64,000 bases of DNA, taken from positions 7,375-71,374 of the forward strand of contig CABMDC010000001.1 in the NCBI GenBank assembly GCA_902384795.1, read 5' to 3'. A program made the position numbers and the translations under genes. Each line of letters begins with the position of its first letter. Within the stretch, counting starts at the first letter, position 1. Source of the DNA: Candidatus Gugararchaeum adminiculabundum. Lineage in GTDB: Archaea; Micrarchaeota; Micrarchaeia; Burarchaeales; Gugararchaeaceae. The notes under the pieces are model-generated. The model did not search any database and was not told where the DNA came from. It saw only the letters and a list, made by a program, of their open reading frames with translations. Shown one piece after another: positions 1 through 10,219 of this stretch.

Positions 1-698
1 GAGTAAAATGGAATGTCCTGCTCATAGGCAATGAGCGCGACTCCGGCTGTGCCGATTTTGTTTATCAAATCCCCTTTTGCAGTCACCGCATCCGCGCCCA
101 CCAACACCGCATCCACCTCATGGATCACGCTTTTCACAGCGCTGTCCACAATCATGGTCACATCCAATCCGGCATCGCGCAGTTCTTTTGCCGTAATCCT
201 TCCCTGGAATTTCGGCCTTGTTTCAGTGCATATGGCCCTTATTTTTGAATCATTTTCATAGGCTCGTTTTATGGCGGCAGTTACCGTCGAAGAATGGCAG
301 TGCGTGAGAACGACTGCGCCTTTGGGAATTTCCCTTGCCCCATATTCAGCAATTGCTTCCAAATCGCTTGCCACGTCCTTTTCATACTGCGCTGCCGCTT
401 CAGCAACAATTTTTTTCAGGGCGCTGATTTCACGCACTTTTTCCTTGGTCATTTTTGCAAAAACAAATCTGATTGCATTCCTCAGCGAATTCCGCAGCAT
501 CGGCTCGGTCGGCCTAGTCGAAGCAAGCGCATCCGCCGTTTCAACCAATTCCCCGTAAAAGCTGGCAGGAGTTTTTGCATCGCTCTCCTTCGCTTGAAGT
601 GCGAGCGCCTTCACCGCCCATTTGGCAATGTTGCGCGCGCCCTGTATCTTCAGCGCCTTGATATCCCTGCAAATCTGCTCCACATCTTCATTTACCAT
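1..698 (-). CDS. ribose-1,5-bisphosphate isomerase / eIF-2B alpha-beta-delta family protein (3' end lies beyond the window start)
   Basis: Reverse-complement translation from the ATG at 696-698 gives MVNEDVEQICRDIKALKIQGARNIAKW...VLTHCHSSTV...TETRP.FQGR..., typical of the e2b2/MtnA family. In organisms carrying type III RuBisCO (present at 23029-24339) this family acts as R15P isomerase. The ORF runs off the window edge, so it is absent from the supplied ORF track. Confidence 0.65.
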   Translation of the reverse strand, partial: MVNEDVEQICRDIKALKIQGARNIAKWAVKALALQAKESDAKTPASFYGELVETADALASTRPTEPMLRNSLRNAIRFVFAKMTKEKVREISALKKIVAEAAAQYEKDVASDLEAIAEYGAREIPKGAVVLTHCHSSTVTAAIKRAYENDSKIRAICTETRPKFQGRITAKELRDAGLDVTMIVDSAVKSVIHEVDAVLVGADAVTAKGDLINKIGTAGVALIAYEQDIPFY

Positions 699-769
699 AA
701 TACCGAAAAGAGATTAACGGGGGCAATATAAAAAGATTGGTTTCGTAAAACTTTAGCGGAGGCAACACC

Positions 770-1288
770 ATGGCAAAAGCTTTATTCGTAATTTCCCCTG
801 GAATGTTCCGGGATGAGGAGCTATTTCACACAAAAGAGGAGCTGGAAGATGCAGGAATCGAAACCCACATCGCCAGCCTTAGGAAAGGCGAATTCATGGG
901 CAGGCTCGGAGGCAGGGCAGTGGCAGACATTTCAGTTTCCGAAGCCATTGCAGCCAATTATGATGTGGTGATTTTCGTTGGCGGGCCAGGCGTAACCCAG
1001 CACGGCCTTCCAGAAAACCCTGCGGTTCTCAAGCTCGCAAAGGATGCCAATTCCAAGTGCAAAGTGCTTGCAGCAATCTGCGCAGGCCCCAAAATCCTGG
1101 CAGCAGCAGGGGTTGTAAAAGGAAAAAAGGTCACTGTTTTTCCAGACGAGGGGTATATTGCGCTCATAAAAAAGATGGGCGGGAACTACACCGCCTCGCA
1201 CCTGGAAGTTGACAATAAGCTGGTAACCGCCGACGGGCCAGAGGCGGCCCATGATTTCGGGAGAAAAATAGCCGAGCTTCTCTCGTAA
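770..1288 (+). CDS. DJ-1/PfpI family protein (intracellular protease/amidase-like)
   Basis: 172 aa; the conserved nucleophile-elbow motif AAICAGP and the overall DJ-1/PfpI length and pattern. Confidence 0.8.
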   Translation: MAKALFVISPGMFRDEELFHTKEELEDAGIETHIASLRKGEFMGRLGGRAVADISVSEAIAANYDVVIFVGGPGVTQHGLPENPAVLKLAKDANSKCKVLAAICAGPKILAAAGVVKGKKVTVFPDEGYIALIKKMGGNYTASHLEVDNKLVTADGPEAAHDFGRKIAELLS

Positions 1289-1384
1289 ATATGGCTTCAG
1301 GCTGTGAGCTAACGTATATAAATGTGTTTGGCGAAATATATGTTTAATAACGCCCTTAACGAGAGTTAGTTTTGGTTTCAGAGA

Positions 1385-2527
1385 GTGAATTTTATGACAG
1401 ACCTGCAAGTTGAAATGATTGCCAAGCAGATTACCGAACAGCCCATGGCCAGCCAAGGGACTCATGCTGCGGTTTCCTCGGAAGACGAGGAGCTCCTGAA
1501 ATTCCTGGAGCAGACCAAGCCCAAAATTTTCGTGGTCGGCGCAGGCGGCTCGGGAACAAACACCATTACACGTTTATTCGAATCAGGGATAGCCGATGTG
1601 AAAATAGTCGCCATGAACACCGATGTCCAGCACCTGGTGAAAGTGAAGGCGGACAAAAAAATCCTGCTCGGAAAAACAGTCACCAAAGGGTTGGGCGCAG
1701 GCAGCAACCCCTCGGTGGGCGAAGCATCGGCAAAGGAAAGCATTCAGGAAATCAAAAAAGTCCTTGATGGCAGCAGCATGGTCTTCGTGACCTGCGGCAT
1801 GGGCGGAGGAACAGGCACCGGCTCGGCTCCATTGATTTCTGACCAAGCAAGGATTTCAGGCGCGCTTACCATCGGAGTTGTCACGCTTCCATTCAAGAGC
1901 GAGGGAAAGCAGAGGATGATGAACGCGCTCGATGGATTGCAAAAGCTCCAGAAATCCTGTGACACGGTGATTGTAATTCCAAACGACAAACTATTGTCCA
2001 TCGTTCCAGACCTTCCGCTTAACACGGCATTCAAAGTCAGTGACCAGGTTCTTTCCAGCGCAGTAAAAGGGATTGCAGAACTGATTACCAAAGCCGGATT
2101 AGTAAACTTGGACTTCGCGGATTTGCGCACAATTCTGACAGATGCAGGCTGCGCGGTCGTGGGAATGGGCGAATCCTCAAGCGATGCCAAGCCAGAGCAA
2201 AGGGCATTAATTGCAATTGAAACAGCCCTCAATTCTCCACTATTGGATGTCAATATTGCGGGCGCAAGCAGGGCGCTCATTAACGTATCCGGCGGAGAGG
2301 ACATGACGCTCAAGGAAGCGGAACTCATGGTAAGTGAAGTGAGCAAGCGCATTTCCCCCGAATCGCACATAATTTGGGGTGCGAGAATCGAGCCCAATCT
2401 TCCAAGGAACGTTCTCCGTGTGCTCGTGGTAATCGCAGGCGCGAAACTGCCGCAGTATGACAAGAAGATGCTCGAAGGCATGGAAGAGGTCAGGCTCGAG
2501 GATTTGGACCTTGACCTGATAGCGTAA
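1385..2527 (+). CDS. ftsZ: cell division GTPase FtsZ
   Basis: Tubulin/FtsZ signature [10 protein letters not shown]; 380 aa. An alternative ATG start lies at 1394. Confidence 0.92.
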   Translation: MNFMTDLQVEMIAKQITEQPMASQGTHAAVSSEDEELLKFLEQTKPKIFVVGAGGSGTNTITRLFESGIADVKIVAMNTDVQHLVKVKADKKILLGKTVTKGLGAGSNPSVGEASAKESIQEIKKVLDGSSMVFVTCGMGGGTGTGSAPLISDQARISGALTIGVVTLPFKSEGKQRMMNALDGLQKLQKSCDTVIVIPNDKLLSIVPDLPLNTAFKVSDQVLSSAVKGIAELITKAGLVNLDFADLRTILTDAGCAVVGMGESSSDAKPEQRALIAIETALNSPLLDVNIAGASRALINVSGGEDMTLKEAELMVSEVSKRISPESHIIWGARIEPNLPRNVLRVLVVIAGAKLPQYDKKMLEGMEEVRLEDLDLDLIA

Positions 2528-2531
2528 ATCA

Positions 2532-2717
2532 TTGGTGAAAATTATGTTCAACATACAAAAATTCATAACAAGAAGCCAGCGGATAATGCAGATTTCCATG
2601 CGGCCGAAATCAAAGGAATACTGGCAGACCGCGAAAGTTTGCGCGCTCGGCATGGTGCTCATCGGCGTGATCGGCCTTTTGATAACATTGTTCTTCGGCG
2701 TGGTTGACGCGCTCTAG
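2532..2717 (+). CDS. secE: protein translocase subunit SecE/Sec61-gamma
   Basis: 61 aa with a single C-terminal transmembrane helix, directly upstream of spt5 in the canonical archaeal order secE-nusG/spt5. Confidence 0.65.
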   Translation: MVKIMFNIQKFITRSQRIMQISMRPKSKEYWQTAKVCALGMVLIGVIGLLITLFFGVVDAL

Positions 2718-2759
2718 CGGAATAAAAAAATAATTCATGATAATGATTTGGTGATTTGA

Positions 2760-3209
2760 ATGATATTTGTCTACAGAGTTACGGCCGGCCAGGAAAGGGT
2801 AGTTGCCGATGTTTTGAACAACAAGCTGAGCAAGGAAAAAATCGACCTCTACGCAATCGCGGTTATCGATGAGTTGCGCGGCTATTTAATAGTGGAAGCG
2901 CGAGACGAAGTCGTTGTGCGCCAGGCCGCGATGAGGATTCCGCACATCAAGGGCGTGCTTTCCAAGCCCATGAGCCCTGATGAAATCAACTCGCTCATTG
3001 AGACCAAGAGCGTTGCATCCACGGTGCAGCGCGGCGATATCGTTGAGCTGATCAGCGGCCCGTTCAAGGGGGAAAAGGCTCGCGTTATCAAGATTGATGA
3101 GGCAAAGGAAGAGCTCACGGTCGAGCTGACCGAAGTCGCTGTTCCGATTCCTGTCACCATCCAGGCCAACACAATCAGGATAATACAAAAAGCGGAACAG
3201 AACGCGTAA
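2760..3209 (+). CDS. spt5: transcription elongation factor Spt5 (NusG homolog)
   Basis: NGN domain followed by a KOW motif (GDIVELISGPFKGEKARV); follows secE. Confidence 0.85.
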   Translation: MIFVYRVTAGQERVVADVLNNKLSKEKIDLYAIAVIDELRGYLIVEARDEVVVRQAAMRIPHIKGVLSKPMSPDEINSLIETKSVASTVQRGDIVELISGPFKGEKARVIKIDEAKEELTVELTEVAVPIPVTIQANTIRIIQKAEQNA

Positions 3210-3292
3210 TCTTGGCGCAGGCGCGCCCTATTTTTAGTTTTTCTTTATATCGCCCAGTAGTAGTTTTCTTTTCTCTCCATTCGGGGCTGATT

Positions 3293-4939
3293 TCACTTCT
3301 TCTTCTTTTTCACGAATTTGAAATAGGCAAGCACGCCCAATCCGATTACGGCAATTCCGATAATCACAGGAACAGGGAGCGGAATCCCCCCTGCCTGCCT
3401 TATTCTGATACTCTGCGCAATGGTTTCATAGCCTGATTTGCTCACTTCAACGCTGATGGATTCGGCGCTTCCCTTGTAGCTGAAAGTCAGGTTATCCCCT
3501 GTTTTTTCCTCGCCATTTACCTTTGCCTTGAAGTTTTTCAAAAGTCCCTCATCGCTCCAGGCCTGCAGTGAAAACGATTCCCCGGGCGCAAGCGAAGTCG
3601 GAATATTGGCGTACATTTTCTTCATTTTCGCGGCATCGGTTTTGTTCACCATCAATGACTGGTAGGGCGCGTTTTCCTCCCTTCCATTGGCATCGGTCAC
3701 CATGCAGTCAATTCTCACAATGCCATTGGCTTCGTTGGACAAATCAAGCTCCCCGTCCCACTGGTCTTTTCCGTTTGCATCAATCCATTGCCCTCCTCCT
3801 ACCCTGATCGAGACCTTCTCCACTCCCGGGCCTGCGAATGCAATCCCCCTGAATCCTGTAACCCAGGCTCCGACCGGTTCCATGGGTGCTGGCTTCATGA
3901 ATGAGCAGGAAATCGTGCTTGCGGCAGAAACGCTCCCGTCCGCGCTTCCGATCAGCACATAGTTATCATAAGTCTCGGGCGTTGTTCTTATCCAATCCCC
4001 GGCAGGCGTGCTCCACAGCAGCGCCCCGTCCTCGGCATTAAACGCGTACAGTTTCGTGTCATCGCTTCCAATGTACAAAATGCTCTTCCCGCCCTCGGAC
4101 AGCGCGATTTTCGGGGACGAAATCATGGCCCCCCCGGTTTTTGTTTTCCATTTCAGCATTCCGTCCGCAGCATCAATCGCATAGACATAGTGCCCGTTGC
4201 TCCCGAAATAGGCGATTCCGTCTTTGACCAGCGGAGTGCTCTGCACCCAGTCGCCTGCGTCGAATTTCCAGGCGATTTTTCCCGTATCCTTTTCAATCGC
4301 ATAAACATACCCGTCAAGCGAGCCGACCAAGATGTACTTTCCGTAATTCACCGGGCTGCTTCCCACAACCGGCCCGATGGTGATATTGGAAAGCATTCTC
4401 CCGTCGCTTGCAGAAAGAGTGTAAAAATTCCCCTCGGAATCCGCGAAATAGACCTTTCCCTCGTCAAAAAGGGGCGATGACTGGATTGGATTTCCTGCCG
4501 AATAGTTCCAGGCCTCTTTCCCCGAGCCCATGAATATGGCATAGAGTTTCCCGTCCAGCGAGCCTGCGAACACGGCTTCGCTTCCCAGCGCGACCTGGCA
4601 CCTCACCGGCCCGCCTGCCTGGAAAATCCACCTCTTGCCCCCGTTCTTGACATCCAGGGCATAGACTTTTCCGTCGTCACTGCCAATTACCAGCGTGTTC
4701 TTAAGTACCAGCGGAGCCGCCCTGACCGAGCCATTGGCTGCAAAGGTCCATCCCACCAGTCCGGTCTGCGCCTCAAGCGCGTAAACATTGCCATCATCGC
4801 TGCCAAAGAACACCACTCCGTCGCTCACAACCGGGCTCGAATAGACCGGGCCTCCGGTGGAGTACTGCCATTTGAAAGCTGCGAATACTGCAGTAGAAAG
4901 AATCAGTGCAAAAAATACGATAAGAAATAATCTGCGCAT
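3293..4939 (-). CDS. PQQ-like beta-propeller repeat protein, secreted with a C-terminal TM anchor and Lys tail
   Basis: N-terminal signal peptide; many repeats of the type G.VY..D..G.VYALDA..G...W; C-terminus IPLPVPVIIGIAVIGLGVLAYFKFVKKKKK. Confidence 0.7.
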   Translation of the reverse strand: MRRLFLIVFFALILSTAVFAAFKWQYSTGGPVYSSPVVSDGVVFFGSDDGNVYALEAQTGLVGWTFAANGSVRAAPLVLKNTLVIGSDDGKVYALDVKNGGKRWIFQAGGPVRCQVALGSEAVFAGSLDGKLYAIFMGSGKEAWNYSAGNPIQSSPLFDEGKVYFADSEGNFYTLSASDGRMLSNITIGPVVGSSPVNYGKYILVGSLDGYVYAIEKDTGKIAWKFDAGDWVQSTPLVKDGIAYFGSNGHYVYAIDAADGMLKWKTKTGGAMISSPKIALSEGGKSILYIGSDDTKLYAFNAEDGALLWSTPAGDWIRTTPETYDNYVLIGSADGSVSAASTISCSFMKPAPMEPVGAWVTGFRGIAFAGPGVEKVSIRVGGGQWIDANGKDQWDGELDLSNEANGIVRIDCMVTDANGREENAPYQSLMVNKTDAAKMKKMYANIPTSLAPGESFSLQAWSDEGLLKNFKAKVNGEEKTGDNLTFSYKGSAESISVEVSKSGYETIAQSIRIRQAGGIPLPVPVIIGIAVIGLGVLAYFKFVKKKKK

Positions 4940-4994
4940 AGCTAGGATTGTTGATATAATTAGTATTTAAGACTTAAGCTCAACTCGCAACCCT

Positions 4995-5145
4995 CCGAAC
5001 TTCGCGAAAATTTTCACGAGCAGCAGCGCGCCGGGCGCTGCCGCCAACGATGCGGCGACTTTCTCGAGAAAGTCGGTCGCCTTCGAAGGCGACTGCACGA
5101 GGCACCGCAGGCGCAGCGCCCATTTGGCGGCGCTGCTGCTAATAT
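4995..5145. other. GC-rich multi-hairpin element between the rpl11 stop and the PQQ-protein gene start
   Basis: Nested perfect palindromes: ttcgcgaa; cgactttctcgagaaagtcg; gtcgccttcgaaggcgac; and an outer stem agcagcagcgc...gcgctgctgct enclosing roughly 95 nt. Local GC is far above the surrounding sequence. Confidence 0.35.
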
Positions 5146-5171
5146 CGAATTAATTTAAAATTAGAAAAGAA

Positions 5172-5663
5172 TTACTTGCCTTTGAAAACCGAATCATGTT
5201 TCCCTTCGTTTATTTCCTTTATCACTGCGCGGGGATCCTGGCCATTGCAGGTGACGCCCATGGAAACACATGTTCCAAGCACTTCATTGGCCACTTTCTT
5301 CAAATCCTTGGCAAGCGAAACAGATGATTTCATTCTTGCAACCTTTGCCAATTGCTCGAACGAAAGGTTGCCGACCTTCTCGTCCTTCACTTTCGCGCCG
5401 CTCTCAATTCCCAGCTCTTTCTTAATTAGCGAGCTCGCTGGAGGAGAGCCGACCTGGATTTCAAAAGCCTTGGAATCCTTGTCAACTATTACCTTGACAG
5501 GCACTTTCGTTCCCTTGAAGTCCTTGGTCTTGCTGTTGATCTCGGCAATTATCCCGTTGATGTTAACACCGAGCGGACCCAGCGCCGGGCCAAGTGGCGG
5601 GCCTGCAGTTGCAGAGCCGCCGTCAACCAGGCTTGAAATTACAATTTTAACCATAGAAAACAC
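5172..5663 (-). CDS. rpl11: 50S ribosomal protein L11
   Basis: L11 signature GPPLGPALGPLGVN; 163 aa. Confidence 0.9.
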   Translation of the reverse strand: MFSMVKIVISSLVDGGSATAGPPLGPALGPLGVNINGIIAEINSKTKDFKGTKVPVKVIVDKDSKAFEIQVGSPPASSLIKKELGIESGAKVKDEKVGNLSFEQLAKVARMKSSVSLAKDLKKVANEVLGTCVSMGVTCNGQDPRAVIKEINEGKHDSVFKGK

Positions 5664-5691
5664 CTAATTAGTTCCATTCAACAAATTCAAT

Positions 5692-6006
5692 TTAGTGCAG
5701 GCTTATCTCGATGTGCACCGTATCCGGCACTTTCACGCGCATGATTTGCCGAAGCGTCCTTTCATCCCCGGCAACCTCGATCACTCTTTTGTGCACGCGC
5801 ATTTCCCATGCCTCATAGGTGTCCGAGCCGTCGCCGCAAGGGGTCCTTCTGGTGGGAACCCTAAGCTTTCGGGTCGGCAGGGGAATCGGCCCCCGCTTTT
5901 CAACGCCAGTCGTATTCACTATTTCGATGATCTGCTGGCAGACCCCTTCAAGTTCTTTTGGATTCAAACCAACAAGTTTGATCCTTGCTTTTCCCATAAA
6001 AATCAA
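5692..6006 (-). CDS. rps10: 30S ribosomal protein S10
   Basis: 104 aa with S10/uS10 motifs (PLPTRKLRVPTRRTPCGDGS...WEMRVHKR); sits immediately downstream of tuf as in archaea. Confidence 0.9.
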   Translation of the reverse strand: MIFMGKARIKLVGLNPKELEGVCQQIIEIVNTTGVEKRGPIPLPTRKLRVPTRRTPCGDGSDTYEAWEMRVHKRVIEVAGDERTLRQIMRVKVPDTVHIEISLH

Positions 6007-6056
6007 TCCCCACCATTTAAAAAAATAATCAAAAAAATATGAAAGGAAAACCCCCC

Positions 6057-7343
6057 TTAGGAGGGGTTTTCTCTTGGAGTCACGGTCAGGACGACTCCTG
6101 CCGCAACCGTTTGTCCCATGTCCCTGATCGCAAACCTTCCCAATTGCGGGAAGTCAGCGAATCTCTCGACAACCACGGGCCTGACTGGCGTGATCTTCAC
6201 GATTGCCACGTCACCGGTCTTGATGAAGTCCGGGTTCTTGGCAGCAGTCAATCCTGTCTTGGGATCCTTCTTCTCGAGGATCTCGGTGATTGTGCATGCG
6301 ATCTGCGATGTGTGCACATGGAACACAGGTGTGTATCCTTTTGCAATAGCAGTCGGGTGCTGGAGCACGACAATTTGTGCAGTGAACTCCTTTGCCACTG
6401 TGGGTGGTTTGCTCTTTGGCCCAACCACCTCGCCGCGCTTTACGTCCTTCTTTTCAACGCCTTTTACGTTGAATCCGACGTTGTCGCCTGGAACCGCCTT
6501 TTGCAGTTCCTGGTGGTGCATTTCAATTTTCTTTACTTCACCACTAGCGCCGCTTGGCATAAATGTTACCAGGTCTCCCGGCTTCATTACACCAGTTTCA
6601 ACTCTTCCCACTGGCACTGTTCCGTGGCCGGTAATTGTGAATACGTCCTGAATCGGCAGCCTGAGATCCTTCTCAATCGGCTTTGCCGGTGCAACGAATT
6701 CATCAATCGCCTCGACCAGTGTCGGGCCGGTATACCAGGGCATGTTTTCGCTCTTCTTGGCGATGTTGTCCCCCTTGTACCCGGACATTGGGATGAATTT
6801 AATCTGGTCAACCTTGTAGCCGATTCCTTTCAGCAAAGTGGTCAAAGCTGCTTTGGTGTCCTCGTATTTCACGCGGTCATAATTGACTGCGTCCATTTTG
6901 TTTACTCCAATCACGAACTGCTGGATTCCCAGCACTTTTGCCAGAAAAGCATGCTCCTTGGTTTGGGACTGGATTCCGTCCTTGGCAGAGCATACGAGCA
7001 CTGCGCCGTCCGCCTGCGAGGCTCCGGTAATCATGTTTTTTACGAAGTCCTTGTGCCCGGGTGCGTCAATGATTGTGAAATAGTGTTTCTGGGTCGAGAA
7101 TTCCCTGTGGGCAATGTCAATCGTTACTCCTCTTTCCCTTTCCTCTTTCAGCGCATCCATGGCGAATGCGAATTCAAAAGTAGCCTTTCCGACCTTGGCG
7201 GCTTCCTCTTTCAGTTTCTTAAGATCCTGTTCAGAAAGCGCTCCGGTATCATAGAGCACTCTTCCTACTGTGGTTGACTTTCCATGGTCAACGTGACCAA
7301 TGAAAATTATATTCAAATGTTCTTTTTCTGCCATACAATCCAC
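6057..7343 (-). CDS. tuf: translation elongation factor 1-alpha
   Basis: [10 protein letters not shown]1 motif, DAPGHKDF and NKMD motifs; 428 aa. Confidence 0.95.
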   Translation of the reverse strand: MDCMAEKEHLNIIFIGHVDHGKSTTVGRVLYDTGALSEQDLKKLKEEAAKVGKATFEFAFAMDALKEERERGVTIDIAHREFSTQKHYFTIIDAPGHKDFVKNMITGASQADGAVLVCSAKDGIQSQTKEHAFLAKVLGIQQFVIGVNKMDAVNYDRVKYEDTKAALTTLLKGIGYKVDQIKFIPMSGYKGDNIAKKSENMPWYTGPTLVEAIDEFVAPAKPIEKDLRLPIQDVFTITGHGTVPVGRVETGVMKPGDLVTFMPSGASGEVKKIEMHHQELQKAVPGDNVGFNVKGVEKKDVKRGEVVGPKSKPPTVAKEFTAQIVVLQHPTAIAKGYTPVFHVHTSQIACTITEILEKKDPKTGLTAAKNPDFIKTGDVAIVKITPVRPVVVERFADFPQLGRFAIRDMGQTVAAGVVLTVTPRENPS

Positions 7344-7503
7344 CTCTATTAAATATTCTACACTGTCAAATTCGGAATTTTCCGATCTCTTCCAACTTCC
7401 TGTTCGTTAACCGCCCCTAGGCAGTTGATCTCCGCACAAGGAGAATAGGGAATATATTTGTCTGCTTCAGTTTTTAAAGCTTTTCTTGCCAACTCGCCTA
7501 TAT

Positions 7504-7570
7504 TTACTCGAATCTCAACGCGTCTACTGCCTGCATCGCGGGGTCAAATCTGCCATCACAATCTTGGCCC
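7504..7570 (-). pseudogene. decayed duplicate of the 3' end of the FtsX-type permease gene
   Basis: Reverse-complement translation ...GQDCDGRFDPAMQAVDALRFE* matches the C-terminus (RMQAVDALRFE*) of the permease at 7657-8901. Over the roughly 40-bp core, 21 of 24 nt are identical. Confidence 0.4.
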
Positions 7571-7656
7571 CGCACCCCTCACGATACCAGGAAAAAACAA
7601 TAAACCGTCGAAAAACTGGCTCGCGATTACTCGCTCGCCGTTTTTCTCCCGGTTTC

Positions 7657-8901
7657 CTATTCAAAACGCAACGCGTCAACCGCCTGCATCCTCCCTGCCC
7701 TTTTCGCCGGGAAATAGCCGGAAACGATCCCGATCAATACGGAGAATGTCAATGCGCCAAAGAAAAGCTCAGGCGAGACATAGGCCGGCACCCCCAGCTC
7801 CTTGGCCAGCAAAGCCACTCCTGTTCCGAGCAAAGCCCCGACCACTCCCCCGATCAATCCTATCAGCGCTGCTTCGATTATGAACGCTTCCAAAATTGCG
7901 TTATTCCGCGCGCCGATTGATTTCAGGATTCCGATTTCCTGCGTTCTTTCAACAACGCTCATGAACATGGTGTTCGCAACCCCTATCCCGCCAACCAGCA
8001 GCGAAATCGCGGCCACTCCCCCGAGAAATGCCGTCAACAAACCAGTGATTACGCTGATTTGCTGGGAAATGGTTTCCGCGGTCATCACCGTGAAATCCCG
8101 GTCATCCTCGTTCACTTTGTGCCTGCGGAAAAGCTCTTCGGTGATCCTTTCCGCCACAAGCTTTGGGTCGGCGCCAGGGGAAATTTTCACATTGATCTCC
8201 GAAACCTCCTTGCTTCCCTTGAATCTTTCCAGCACATCGCGCGCATCCTTGTCGTTCAGCATTATCATGGAATCCATGGACGAGATTGCAATCCCCTGGC
8301 TTTTCTCCAGAATTCCAACCACCTTGAAAGTCCTGTTCCCGATTTTCAAATCCCTGCCCACATCAACCTTGTCCTTGAATCCTTCGTTCGCAACTTTCCA
8401 GCCCAGCAAAGCCCCGCCCGTTTCCCCCTTGTTCGGCATCCTCCCCTCCTCGGCCTTGAGGCTGGTGAAAACCTGGTTCAGGGCTTCCGGATCCCCGCCT
8501 GCCACATAGGAGCTTATGTTCTGGTTCCTGTATTCCACTACGGCCCTGTCATAAATTATTACAAATGAAAATGCCACTCCGTTTATTTTTGAAATCGCGT
8601 CCGCATCATCCGTGGAAAGCTTGGCCGAGCGCGCGGAAAGCATGGGCCCGCCAATCCCCGTCTGCTTGTCCATATTCCCGGGCATTATGCTGATGGTGTC
8701 GCTTCCGAAAACATCAAGCTCGTTTTTTATCTCCCTATCCAGCCCCTGGGCAATGGCGATGAGCGCCACAATCGCGGCAATTCCGACAACTATCCCTATT
8801 ATAGTAAGGTAGCTGCGCAGCTGCTTGCGCGCCATGTTCCCCACGGCATATTGGAAAAGGTCAATGTGAATCCGCATCCAGTTTGGTGCCATATTTTTCA
8901 C
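7657..8901 (-). CDS. ABC transporter permease, MacB/FtsX family
   Basis: N-terminal TM, large extracytoplasmic domain, C-terminal FtsX-like 3-TM domain; paralog of the adjacent gene. Confidence 0.8.
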   Translation of the reverse strand: MKNMAPNWMRIHIDLFQYAVGNMARKQLRSYLTIIGIVVGIAAIVALIAIAQGLDREIKNELDVFGSDTISIMPGNMDKQTGIGGPMLSARSAKLSTDDADAISKINGVAFSFVIIYDRAVVEYRNQNISSYVAGGDPEALNQVFTSLKAEEGRMPNKGETGGALLGWKVANEGFKDKVDVGRDLKIGNRTFKVVGILEKSQGIAISSMDSMIMLNDKDARDVLERFKGSKEVSEINVKISPGADPKLVAERITEELFRRHKVNEDDRDFTVMTAETISQQISVITGLLTAFLGGVAAISLLVGGIGVANTMFMSVVERTQEIGILKSIGARNNAILEAFIIEAALIGLIGGVVGALLGTGVALLAKELGVPAYVSPELFFGALTFSVLIGIVSGYFPAKRAGRMQAVDALRFE

Positions 8902-8983
8902 TATCCTCGCTCATCATTCTTTCACTGCTCATCGTTCATTCGCATTCGTCATCCATTCTCTTCGCTTCAATCCCGCTCATCTT

Positions 8984-10216
8984 CTACTCATACCTAAGCG
9001 CGTCAATCGCGTTCAGCTCGGCCGCCCTTTTCGCAGGGTAATAGCCGGAAACAATTCCCACAATCAAGGAAAATGCCAGTGCGCCAAGCGCGAGTTCTCC
9101 GCTGATAAATGTGGGCACTCCCAGCCCGGAAAGCAAATAACTCAGCAGCAACGCAAGCCCGGCGCCAACAGCGCCACCCGCAACCGCAATCAGGCTCGCT
9201 TCAAAAAGAAATTCCTCAAGAATCGCATTCTTCGGGGCGCCAATCGCCTTGAGCACGCCAATCTCGCGCGTCCTTTCCATCACGCTCATAAACATGGTGT
9301 TCGCAATTCCGATTCCGCCAACGATGAGCGCAATGGATGCGATTCCCCCCAGGAAAACGCTCATTATTCCGCTGATAACTCCTATTTGTTTTGAAACAAT
9401 GTCCGCAGTAATCATGGTGAAATCCTTTTCACTCTCGCTCACCTTGTGCTGGCGCAGCATCTCATTATCAATCCTTTCCGCAGCCGCCGCGAGTTCCACA
9501 TCCGGGCTTAGTTTTATGTTAATTTGTGAAACCTCATTGTTTCCGGCAAATCCGGGAAGCACCTGCCTGCCGCTGTCCGCGGGAATTACTACCGCATTGT
9601 CAATCATTGACAGAAGCCCGCCCCCCTGTTTTTCAACGATTCCGATAACCTTGAATTTTTCCCCCTTTATCCCGATATTGTCCCCGACATTTATTTCGTT
9701 CTTGAAAAGGCTGTGCGCAACGCTGTAGCCGATCATCGCATATTTTCCATCTCCCTGGCCGAGGATTCTTCCTTCCTGCACCTTGATCGAGGTGTAAATT
9801 TTCTCATAGGTAATCGGGTCGCTCGCCGACACGTACATGCTGACTTCTTCTCCCTTGAACGTCACGGTTGCCCGCGCCTGCAGCGTGACTCCGACATATT
9901 CTACTCCTGAAACTTTTGCCAGCGCATCGGCATCCTTGGTGGTCAGCGTTGCAGCCTGCAGGCCAAGCATCCCGCCCCCCATTCCTCCCCCGCCGGAACT
10001 AGAGCCGCTCGAGCTTCCAGGGCTTATGCTGATGGTGTCGCTTCCAAGAAAAGAGAGCTGCTCGCGTATGGACATGTCCAGCCCCTGGGCTATGGAAATC
10101 AAAAGCACGATGGAAGCTATTCCTATCACTATGCCGAGGATAGTAAGATAACTTCTGAGCTTGCGGTGAGCCACGTTGTTCACCGCAAGCTTTAGCAAAT
10201 CAAGGTGCATAGGCAC
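8984..10216 (-). CDS. ABC transporter permease, MacB/FtsX family (paralog with a Gly/Ser-rich insert)
   Basis: Same architecture as 7657-8901; contains a GSSSGSSSGGGGMGGGM low-complexity insert. Confidence 0.8.
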   Translation of the reverse strand: MPMHLDLLKLAVNNVAHRKLRSYLTILGIVIGIASIVLLISIAQGLDMSIREQLSFLGSDTISISPGSSSGSSSGGGGMGGGMLGLQAATLTTKDADALAKVSGVEYVGVTLQARATVTFKGEEVSMYVSASDPITYEKIYTSIKVQEGRILGQGDGKYAMIGYSVAHSLFKNEINVGDNIGIKGEKFKVIGIVEKQGGGLLSMIDNAVVIPADSGRQVLPGFAGNNEVSQINIKLSPDVELAAAAERIDNEMLRQHKVSESEKDFTMITADIVSKQIGVISGIMSVFLGGIASIALIVGGIGIANTMFMSVMERTREIGVLKAIGAPKNAILEEFLFEASLIAVAGGAVGAGLALLLSYLLSGLGVPTFISGELALGALAFSLIVGIVSGYYPAKRAAELNAIDALRYE

Positions 10217-10219
10217 TAC

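Noticed and set aside
932-2532. Minus-strand ORFs antisense to the DJ-1 and ftsZ genes (932-1465, 1462-1743, 1744-2532)
   Set aside because: They lie antisense to genes carrying strong family motifs (FtsZ GGGTGTG) and have low-complexity, Ser/Ala/Pro-rich translations typical of shadow ORFs.
5060-5150. Possible 30-aa ORF (MRRLSRESRSPSKATARGTAGAAPIWRRCC) inside the palindromic element
   Set aside because: Arg/Ala-rich translation driven by GC-rich palindromes; more plausibly RNA structure than coding.
6039-7277. 412-aa +strand ORF fully overlapping tuf
   Set aside because: It is the shadow frame of EF-1alpha; the translation is Cys/His/Leu-rich with no motif, and EF-1alpha on the opposite strand is unambiguous.
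7802-10151. +strand ORFs (7802-8509, 8059-8568, 9249-9728, 9837-10151) overlapping the two FtsX permease genes
   Set aside because: They are antisense to permease genes with clear TM architecture and show Ser/Pro/Thr low-complexity composition.
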